A stretch of DNA of 64,000 bases from the NCBI GenBank assembly GCA_035506195.1, contig DATJPV010000036.1, positions 16,100 to 80,099 on the forward strand. The letters are read 5' to 3'. Position 1 is the first letter of the stretch. Each line of letters opens with the position of its first letter. The notes under the pieces are model-generated. The model saw only the letters and a program-made list of their open reading frames with translations. It was not told the DNA's origin and made no database searches. Origin of the DNA: Patescibacteria group bacterium (GTDB lineage: Bacteria; Omnitrophota; Gorgyraeia; Gygaellales; Profunditerraquicolaceae). The translations under genes were made by a program, and so were the position numbers. This document shows positions 57,302-64,000 of the stretch, piece by piece.

Positions 57302-58105
57302 ATGCATAAAGATTCCGCTTACCGGCTGTCCATTTTCTTTCTGTTGATACTGGTCGTCGTAGAAGGCTTTTTCCTTTTGCGGCTCCTGAAGCCTCCTGCG
57401 GCCAGGGCCGTCAAGCCAAAGCCCAGGCCTGCTGCTGCGGTTGCCAAAGGCAAGATCGCCATAGTCCTTGATGACTGGGGCTATAATCTCAATAATGAGG
57501 CGGTATTGGCGAGGATCAAGTATCCCTTGACGCTTTCGGTGCTGCCGAACCTGCCCTATTCGGTAGCCATCAGCGAGAAGGCGCGCCGCCTGGGCTTTGA
57601 AACCATCCTTCATTTGCCGATGGAGCCGCATGAGAAATACCGCCTGGAACACAATACGATCCTGACCACCATGGATGAAGCGGCTATTACCGGCATCATG
57701 GCGCAGGACCTGAGGGAATTCCCGGGCATCAAGGGCATTTCCAATCATCAGGGTTCCAAGGCTACCGAGGACCCCCGGACGATGAAGATCATCTTTGCGG
57801 AATTGAAGAACCGCGGGCTTTATTTCCTGGACAGCGTCGTATCCGCGCACTCGGTGTGCTCAGGCCTTGCCCGAAGCATGAAAATAGGCTTTGCCCGCAG
57901 GGATGTCTTTCTGGATAATAGCGACAACCCGGAGTATATCAAGGCTCAGCTTCAGAAATTGAAAGCCAAGGCCAGAAGCGCAGGCTACGCCATCGGCATC
58001 GGCCACGACCGCAAGAACACCCTGCAGGTTTTGGAAGAGATGATGCCTCTTTTTGCGCAAGAAGGCTACACATTCGTATTCGTATCGGAGCTTGCCTGGC
58101 AATGA
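57302..58105 (+). CDS. Divergent polysaccharide deacetylase family protein (YibQ-like)
   Basis: IAIVLDDWGYN...LPMEPHE...SNHQGSKAT pattern of PF04748. N-terminal TM helix. Confidence 0.7.
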   Translation: MHKDSAYRLSIFFLLILVVVEGFFLLRLLKPPAARAVKPKPRPAAAVAKGKIAIVLDDWGYNLNNEAVLARIKYPLTLSVLPNLPYSVAISEKARRLGFETILHLPMEPHEKYRLEHNTILTTMDEAAITGIMAQDLREFPGIKGISNHQGSKATEDPRTMKIIFAELKNRGLYFLDSVVSAHSVCSGLARSMKIGFARRDVFLDNSDNPEYIKAQLQKLKAKARSAGYAIGIGHDRKNTLQVLEEMMPLFAQEGYTFVFVSELAWQ

Positions 58106-59085
58106 TAGTCCTTGGCATCGAAACTTCCTGCGATGAGACTTCCGCGGCCCTGGTGAAAAACGGCCGGGATGTGCTTTCCAATGTGGTTAGTTCCAGCCTT
58201 GCGTTCCACAGCAAATACGGAGGGGTGGTCCCGGAGATCGCCTCGCGCATGCAGCTGGAGGCGATCGTCAAGGTAACAGATACGGCCTTGCGCCAGGCAG
58301 GCATCAAGCGCCAAAATATCGGCCTGGTCTGCGTGACCCACGCTCCGGGGCTCCTGGGTTCTTTGGTCGTGGGGCTTTCTTTTGCCAAGGCGCTGAGCGT
58401 AAGCCTCCGGGTGCCGGTGTTGGGCGTCAACCATCTCTGCAGCCACATCTATGCCAATTTTCTCGATGCCCGGCCGATACGCTTGCCGTTCGTTGCCCTC
58501 ATTATTTCCGGAGGGCATACGAGCCTGTTCTTTGTACGGGACTTCAACGCCATCCGCAGCATCGGCGCTACGCTTGACGATGCCTGCGGGGAGGCCTTTG
58601 ACAAAGTAGCAAAGATCCTCGGGCTGGGGTATCCCGGCGGGCCGCCTATCGAGCGGCTGGCCCTGCGCGGCGATCCGCACAAGTTCAGGTTTAAATGTTC
58701 CGAAACTCGCCGGCCCCTGGATTTCAGTTTCAGCGGGATAAAGACCGCGGTCCTGTATCAGGCCAAAGGCGCGAATGTGCGCGCTCCGGAAAAAGCAGAT
58801 ATTGCCGCTTCTTTTCAGGAGGCGGTGGTTGAGACGGTGGCCAGAAAAGCAATGGCTGCCTGCCGCAGGTACAAAGTCCCCCGGCTGGTAGTAGGAGGAG
58901 GGGTAGCGGCCAACAGCCGGCTGCGCCAAGTTTTCCGGCAGCAAGCCCCGGCAGCAGGCGTAGAGGTGTATTTCCCTCCCAAGCCGCTGTGTATGGATAA
59001 TGCGGCAATGGTTGCCGGGTTAGGTTATCGCCTGTATATGAAGGGCGCGCGTTCGGATTTAAGCCTCGGGGTAGAGCTGAACTAG
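58102..59085 (+). CDS. tsaD: tRNA N6-adenosine threonylcarbamoyltransferase
   Basis: MIVLGIETSCDETSAAL and Kae1/TsaD metal-binding motifs. Confidence 0.9.
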   Translation: MIVLGIETSCDETSAALVKNGRDVLSNVVSSSLAFHSKYGGVVPEIASRMQLEAIVKVTDTALRQAGIKRQNIGLVCVTHAPGLLGSLVVGLSFAKALSVSLRVPVLGVNHLCSHIYANFLDARPIRLPFVALIISGGHTSLFFVRDFNAIRSIGATLDDACGEAFDKVAKILGLGYPGGPPIERLALRGDPHKFRFKCSETRRPLDFSFSGIKTAVLYQAKGANVRAPEKADIAASFQEAVVETVARKAMAACRRYKVPRLVVGGGVAANSRLRQVFRQQAPAAGVEVYFPPKPLCMDNAAMVAGLGYRLYMKGARSDLSLGVELN

Positions 59086-59108
59086 GGTTTCGTAAAAGGA
59101 GGGACATA

Positions 59109-59549
59109 ATGCTCACGGATCTGCAGATCATCGCACGGCTTACTTTATCCCTGGTATTGAGCGGCCTCATCGGCTTGGAGCGCCAGGTCCATCGCCGCAC
59201 CGCGGGTATGCGTACGCATATCCTGGTATGCCTGGGTTCCTGCCTTATCATGTTGACATCGCTGTATGTTTTTGATATATATAAACAGATAGCGCACCTG
59301 GACCCGACGCGCATCGCTGCCGGCATTACTACCGGCATCGGCTTTTTAGGGGCGGGAGCGATCATCCGCCAGAGAGAGACCGTTGATTCGGTCGTGGGCC
59401 TGACTACCGCGGCCAGCCTCTGGGTGGTCGCGGGTATCGGCATGGCAATAGGGTGCGGGTTTTACATCGCCGGGATATATACGACTGTCCTGGCGCTGGT
59501 CGTGCTTTTCTTTTTCCGGACCTTCGAAGCTAAAATATCGGTGAAGTAG
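59109..59549 (+). CDS. mgtC: MgtC/SapB-family membrane protein
   Basis: LTLSLVLSGLIGLERQ...RTHILVCLGS MgtC N-terminal signature. Confidence 0.8.
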   Translation: MLTDLQIIARLTLSLVLSGLIGLERQVHRRTAGMRTHILVCLGSCLIMLTSLYVFDIYKQIAHLDPTRIAAGITTGIGFLGAGAIIRQRETVDSVVGLTTAASLWVVAGIGMAIGCGFYIAGIYTTVLALVVLFFFRTFEAKISVK

Positions 59550-59560
59550 GACAAAAGGAG

Positions 59561-60073
59561 GTGGTTGCCGTGGCTTTTAAAAAGAAGATTGAAGAAAAAA
59601 TCCTTGATGTGGATGCGTCCATGCAGGGGACCCTGTCGTTCAAGGATCCCGTGAACCTGAGGGTAAACGGCAAATTTGAGGGGAACCTGGAGACCCGCGG
59701 GAACCTGACGATCGGCCCGACCGCCACGGTCATTGCCGATATCATCGGCGACAACATCATCATCGGCGGCAGGATCAAAGGCAAGGTCGTCGCCAAGGAA
59801 AGGCTGACGCTTTTGCCCAGCGCGGTCGTCGAGGGGGAGATCTACCCCGTGAAATTGAATGTTGCCGAAGGGGCGATCTTCGAAGGCAAATGCACCATGC
59901 TCCATGATTTTATGAACGCCGAAGAGCTGGCGCGTTACCTGGAAGTCGATCTCAACGCCATCCTTGACTGGGCCAATAACGGCAAGGTCCCGGGCGCTAA
60001 GGAAGGCAACAACTGGAAGTTCGAGCGCAAGGCGATCGACTCCTGGGTTGCCGCCGGCAAGGTCGGCAAGTAA
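59561..60073 (+). CDS. Bactofilin-domain protein fused to C-terminal excisionase-type HTH (HTH_17)
   Basis: Bactofilin beta-helix repeats (GNLTIGPTATVIADIIGDNIIIGGRIKGKVVAKERLTLLPSAVVEGEIY) followed by EELARYLEVDLNAILDWANNGKVPGAKEGNNWKFERKAIDSWV. Confidence 0.65.
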   Translation: MVAVAFKKKIEEKILDVDASMQGTLSFKDPVNLRVNGKFEGNLETRGNLTIGPTATVIADIIGDNIIIGGRIKGKVVAKERLTLLPSAVVEGEIYPVKLNVAEGAIFEGKCTMLHDFMNAEELARYLEVDLNAILDWANNGKVPGAKEGNNWKFERKAIDSWVAAGKVGK

Positions 60074-60074
60074 A

Positions 60075-60386
60075 ATGACGGAAGAAAAACTTTTGACGAT
60101 CAGGGATGTTTCCATCGCCCTGGGGGTCTCTGAAAAAGAGGTCATGGACCTGGCAGAGGCAGGGCAGCTGCCCGCATACAAGATCGGCGGAATGTATCTG
60201 CGCTTTAAGGCGCACCAGATCGAGGAGTACAAACGCAAAATGCGCGCCGCCGCGTCTTATCAGCCCACGCAGGAAACGTATTCGCTGGGCGAGAGGATCC
60301 GCGATTTTTTCTATTTCAATGATTTTTACATCCTCTCGGCGCTGCTTATCATGATCATGCTCGTAGTCATATTGCGGGGATATTAA
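60075..60386 (+). CDS. Excisionase-type HTH (HTH_17) protein with C-terminal TM anchor
   Basis: LTIRDVSIALGVSEKEVMDLAEAGQLPAYKIGGMYLRFKAHQIEEY plus a C-terminal hydrophobic helix. Start at MTEEKLL within ORF 59964. Confidence 0.55.
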   Translation: MTEEKLLTIRDVSIALGVSEKEVMDLAEAGQLPAYKIGGMYLRFKAHQIEEYKRKMRAAASYQPTQETYSLGERIRDFFYFNDFYILSALLIMIMLVVILRGY

Positions 60387-60392
60387 GATATA

Positions 60393-61061
60393 ATGGCTTC
60401 TACTCGAGGGTTTTGCGACCTGGGTTTTGCAAAATTGGATGTCGACAGGCAAAAGCGGCGCGGTTTTTCGGAAGCGATCTACTGCCCCGGCAAGAGCCGG
60501 GAGCATCTCAAGAAAATCTCCCTTCGGCTGTTGGCTGCCAAGCAGGACCTGCTCCTGACGAAACTGGACCAGCCCACCTACGCGTACTTGAAACGCTCGA
60601 TCCGTTCCCTGCGCTACAATCCTCTGGCAAAGATCGGGTTTTGCGTCCGTACGCGCACGCACGCCCAAAAGGCGGATGTCATAGTCATCTCTGCCGGGAC
60701 TGCGGATGTGCCGGTAGCGGAGGAGGCGGCAGTGACCCTGGAGGTCATGGGCAGCCCGGTGGTCAGGCTTTACGATGTAGGGGTCGCCGGCGTGCACCGG
60801 CTGATGAGCAATCTTGATACCATACGCAAGGCCAAAGTAGTCATCGTCGTTGCCGGGATGGAAGGGGCCCTGGCAAGCCTGGTGAGCGGCCTGGTAAGCG
60901 CTCCGGTCATTGCCGTGCCTACCAGCTGCGGCTACGGAGCCAGTTTCGGCGGCTTGTCGGCACTTCTGACGATGCTCAATAGTTGTTCTCCGGGCGTAGC
61001 AACGGTTAATATCGATAACGGCTTCGGCGCGGGGTATTTCGCGCATTTGATCAATCAATAG
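60393..61061 (+). CDS. larB: LarB-like PurE/AIR-carboxylase-family protein (nickel-pincer cofactor biosynthesis carboxylase/hydrolase)
   Basis: PurE-fold motifs VIVISAGTADVPVAEEA...VIVVAGMEGALASLV with a LarB-type N-terminal extension. Confidence 0.7.
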   Translation: MASTRGFCDLGFAKLDVDRQKRRGFSEAIYCPGKSREHLKKISLRLLAAKQDLLLTKLDQPTYAYLKRSIRSLRYNPLAKIGFCVRTRTHAQKADVIVISAGTADVPVAEEAAVTLEVMGSPVVRLYDVGVAGVHRLMSNLDTIRKAKVVIVVAGMEGALASLVSGLVSAPVIAVPTSCGYGASFGGLSALLTMLNSCSPGVATVNIDNGFGAGYFAHLINQ

Positions 61062-61077
61062 GAGGTAGTACACGCAC

Positions 61078-62409
61078 ATGGCACTTTCCGGCTTAGATAT
61101 TTATAAACTTTTACCGAAGACCAACTGCAAGGAATGCGGGTTTGCGACCTGCCTTGCGTTTGCGATGCAGCTTGCCAAGAAGGCGGTCAGTATCGAGAAA
61201 TGCCCCTTCTTAAGCGAAGATGCCAAAAAAATGCTGGAGGCTTCGAGCCTGCCGCCCATCAAGCTGGTCACCATAGGACAGCCTGACAGGAAGCTTGAGG
61301 TCGGCAATGAAACGGTGCTCTTCCGCCACGAAGAGAAGTTCCATCATCCTGCCGGTATCGGCTTTATCCTTCAAGACAGCCTCAGCGACGAGCAATTGGC
61401 CAAAAAGGCCCAGGCGATCGACCGCCTGCAATTTGAACGCGTCGGCCAGAAGATAAGCGTTGACCTGGTGGCGCTTGCGCAGACCGGTTCGGCAGAGCGT
61501 TTCCTGAAGGCGGTGCAGCTGGTTTCGCGCACGACCACGCTTAGCATGGCCTTAGTCAGCAATGACCCCGCAGCTCTGCAGCCGGCATTGGAGTTCCTCA
61601 AGGGCAAAAAACCGCTGATATATCCGGACGCAGCCGGAGAGAACATTAGCCGGATAGGCGGCCTGGCGGCAAGCTTCAAGGTTCCCATGGTAGCGGTGGC
61701 GCCCGATCTGGACAAACTGTCGCAGCTGACCAGGGAATTGAACAGCCTCGGCGTCCAGGAACTCCTTCTGGATACGGGCAAAAAACCGCTGGCGGAAAAG
61801 ATATGGGACCTTACCCAGCTGCGCCGGCAGGCGCTTAAAAAATCAAACCGCAGCCTGGGGTATCCGGCGCTGGCCGTGGTGGATTGCGCCGATCCGTACG
61901 AAGAGGTCATGGAAGCAGCGACCTATATCTCAAAGTACGCCGGCATCGTGCTCTTGAAGGGCGATGCGCCGTGGCAGGCGCTGGCATTGTTGACCCTGCG
62001 CCAGAACATTTACACCGACCCCCAGAAACCCCTGCAGATCGAGCCGAAACTCTATCCCATCGGCAATGCCGGGGCTGCCTCACCGGTCCTGGTAACGACG
62101 AATTTTTCGCTTTCATACTATACGGTCCTAGGAGAGGTCGAGGCAAGCAGGGTGCCGTCTTACATCATGAGCGTCGATACCGAGGGCATGTCGGTGCTGA
62201 CGGCCTGGGCAGCAGAGAAGTTCACCCCGGAAAAGATCACCGCATCCCTGAAAAAATTCAACGTCGCCGATACCGTTTCTCACCGGAACCTGGTGATCCC
62301 CGGTTATGTCGCCGTCATGAGCGGCCAACTGGAGGAGGACTCCGGCTGGAAGGTGGTCGTCGGTCCGAAAGAGGCAGCCGGGATACCGTCGTTTTTGAAA
62401 AACCTGTAG
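61078..62409 (+). CDS. acsC: Corrinoid iron-sulfur protein large subunit (CODH/ACS gamma subunit)
   Basis: N-terminal 4Fe-4S motif LPKTNCKECGFATCLAFAMQLA...KCPFLSE followed by a TIM-barrel corrinoid-binding domain. Length 443 aa is typical. Confidence 0.75.
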   Translation: MALSGLDIYKLLPKTNCKECGFATCLAFAMQLAKKAVSIEKCPFLSEDAKKMLEASSLPPIKLVTIGQPDRKLEVGNETVLFRHEEKFHHPAGIGFILQDSLSDEQLAKKAQAIDRLQFERVGQKISVDLVALAQTGSAERFLKAVQLVSRTTTLSMALVSNDPAALQPALEFLKGKKPLIYPDAAGENISRIGGLAASFKVPMVAVAPDLDKLSQLTRELNSLGVQELLLDTGKKPLAEKIWDLTQLRRQALKKSNRSLGYPALAVVDCADPYEEVMEAATYISKYAGIVLLKGDAPWQALALLTLRQNIYTDPQKPLQIEPKLYPIGNAGAASPVLVTTNFSLSYYTVLGEVEASRVPSYIMSVDTEGMSVLTAWAAEKFTPEKITASLKKFNVADTVSHRNLVIPGYVAVMSGQLEEDSGWKVVVGPKEAAGIPSFLKNL

Positions 62410-62410
62410 A

Positions 62411-64000
62411 ATGGAAAAAATAAAAGTTACATTTTATCCCGACCGCACATCCGTAGAGGTAGCAAAAGGCGAGCCTATCCTTTCTGCGCTGTCTGCCGCC
62501 GGCATTCACATTCATTCTGCCTGCGGCGGTAATGGCGGCTGCGGGCGCTGTAAGGTAAAAGTAAAAAGCGGCAAGGTCTGCATGCGGCCTACCGGGCTGA
62601 TCAGCCCGGAAGAGCGCAGCAAAGGGATCTTCCTGGCCTGCCTGACCTCTGCCGAAAGCGACCTGGAGGTCGAAGTACCGCAGGAATCACGCCAGGAATA
62701 CGGCGTCTTGAGCCCTGAGGAGATCGATACCCGCCTGAAGGGCATCTATGCGGCGGCCGAAGACGTGGAGGCTGCCTCCGCCCAGGCCCCGGCGGCCGGC
62801 TTTACCTATGGGCCGCTGGCAACCAAGGTGTATATGGAGCTTTTGCCTCCTGACTTGAATGATAAGACCAGCGACCTGGAAAGGCTGGAACGCCAGATAC
62901 GTTTTGTCGTCAAGAACGCGGACAACATCGCGGTCTCCAACCCCAGCGCAAACCTGACCTTCATCCGCGAACTGGGCAAGCAGCTGCGCAGCGCCAACTG
63001 GAAGGTGACGGTTACCCTCGGCAAGCGCGCCAACGACGCCCTGGAGATGCTTTTGATCGAGCCGCAGGATACCACGGGCCTGAATTACGGCATCTGTTTT
63101 GATATCGGGACAACGACCCTGTCTGCGCAGTTGATCGACTTGAATAACGGCACGGTTCTGGGCACCCGGGGCACCTACAACAAACAAGCCACCTTCGGCA
63201 GCGACGTGATCAGCCGGATCGTATACGCGCATCAGGCAAACGGCCTGGAGAAGCTCCATCAGGCGGTCATCGAAGAATTGAACCGCATGGCGTATGAACT
63301 GATCCTGTCGGAGCATATCCCGACCAACAGCGTCAATTATTTTGTCTGCGCGGGCAATACGACCATGACCCAGCTTCTTTTGCGGGTCGACCCTACGTAT
63401 ATTCGCAAAGAGCCGTATGTGCCGACCGCCAATTTTTTTCCTGTCGTCAACGCCCACGACGAAGGCTTTAAGCTCAATCAGCATGCGCTCCTGGCCTGCG
63501 TCCCCGGGGTATCCAGTTATGTCGGCGGGGATGTGACTGCGGGCGTCTTATCCAGCGGCCTGGACACCCAGGAGCACTTGTGCATGCTTATCGATATCGG
63601 CACTAACGGCGAGATCGTGGTGGGGAACAAGGAATTTCTGATCTCTGCCGCTGCTTCGGCAGGGCCGGCGTTCGAAGGCTCCGGGGTAGCCTGCGGGATG
63701 CGGGCATCGCCGGGGGCGATACAGAAAGTCAAGATCAGCCCGCGTACTTTCGAGGTATCCTGCGAAGTGATCGGCAAGATCCTTCCGCAGGGCATCTGCG
63801 GCTCGGGGTATATCGACGCCATATCCGGCATGCTGCAGGCGGGCCTATTGGATAAGAACGGCAAGATAAGGGCGCGTTCCCATCCCCGTATCCGGCAGAC
63901 AGATTCCGGCAAAGAATTCGTGCTGGTGCACAAAGAAGACTGCGATACGGCTTACGATATTGTTATTACCGAAGCGGACATCGAGAACATAAAACGGGCA
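62411..64000 (+). CDS. RACo-like corrinoid activation/regeneration protein (2Fe-2S ferredoxin + ASKHA ATPase), 3'-truncated by window end
   Basis: Not in the ORF track (no stop before the window end). Plant-type ferredoxin motif HSACGGNGGCGRCKVKV, then a DUF4445/ASKHA-like domain (GICFDIGTTT...LIDIGTNGEIV). 530 in-frame codons. Confidence 0.7.
   Translation, partial: MEKIKVTFYPDRTSVEVAKGEPILSALSAAGIHIHSACGGNGGCGRCKVKVKSGKVCMRPTGLISPEERSKGIFLACLTSAESDLEVEVPQESRQEYGVLSPEEIDTRLKGIYAAAEDVEAASAQAPAAGFTYGPLATKVYMELLPPDLNDKTSDLERLERQIRFVVKNADNIAVSNPSANLTFIRELGKQLRSANWKVTVTLGKRANDALEMLLIEPQDTTGLNYGICFDIGTTTLSAQLIDLNNGTVLGTRGTYNKQATFGSDVISRIVYAHQANGLEKLHQAVIEELNRMAYELILSEHIPTNSVNYFVCAGNTTMTQLLLRVDPTYIRKEPYVPTANFFPVVNAHDEGFKLNQHALLACVPGVSSYVGGDVTAGVLSSGLDTQEHLCMLIDIGTNGEIVVGNKEFLISAAASAGPAFEGSGVACGMRASPGAIQKVKISPRTFEVSCEVIGKILPQGICGSGYIDAISGMLQAGLLDKNGKIRARSHPRIRQTDSGKEFVLVHKEDCDTAYDIVITEADIENIKRA

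Noticed and set aside
59997-61079. 360-aa minus-strand ORF
   Set aside because: Antisense to the HTH gene and larB. Arg-rich GC-artefact composition.
62687-63484. 265-aa minus-strand ORF
   Set aside because: Antisense to the RACo-like gene, which is not in the ORF track but is clearly coding (ferredoxin + ASKHA motifs).

Overview
This 64 kb window is GC-rich (~57% by eye) and looks bacterial and Gram-negative: it carries LPS heptose genes (gmhA, hldE), an LpxL-family acyltransferase, TonB-like and GspA/GspB-like genes, and pilin-like genes. Almost every supported gene is on the + strand and genes are tightly packed, often with ATGA start/stop overlaps. I did not try to assign a lineage. Supported core genes are: pfkA, gmhA-hldE, thiC, a LysM/M23 lipoprotein, a five-gene ATPase / phosphoesterase / HIT / dGTPase / HD-GYP operon, aroB, a minus-strand gspB/gspA(exeA)-like pair, three PilZ genes, a PflX-type radical SAM enzyme, an acyl-CoA ligase, rlmB, pcm, cobO, cvpA, nif3, dnaG-rpoD, two tRNAs, rnhA followed directly by RNase P RNA, yebC-ruvC-ruvA, scpB, pheA-hisC-aroF-tyrA, cmk, lepA-lepB, pgsA-plsY, gatCAB, ctpA, tsaD, mgtC, and the start of an acetyl-CoA-pathway corrinoid module (larB, acsC, a RACo-like activator that runs off the 3' end of the window). 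No CRISPR array, IS element or integrase was found. The most unusual region is an accessory locus at about 45.4-52.5 kb. It is bounded by an AT-rich spacer with a strong intrinsic terminator and a near-consensus sigma70 promoter on one side, and by a perfect 55-bp palindrome on the other. It encodes a secreted beta-sandwich-like protein; three paralogous secreted subunit-like proteins with alternating N-terminal donor-strand-like motifs and fimbrial-type C-terminal strands; a PapD-like candidate chaperone; and a 1032-aa outer-membrane protein with usher-like domain order. A convergent minus-strand pair (ribbon-helix-helix-like regulator plus a 73-aa secreted peptide sharing the ATATV motif) abuts the 3' end of the 1032-aa gene. 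I interpret this as a divergent, undescribed chaperone-usher-like (archaic / spore-coat-U / DUF4402-type) surface-fibre system. Other notable observations are a bactofilin fused to an excisionase-type HTH next to a second HTH membrane protein, a YacG-like zinc-ribbon micro-ORF translationally coupled between two PilZ genes, and an Arch_ATPase with an extra C-terminal domain heading the nucleotide-hydrolase operon.
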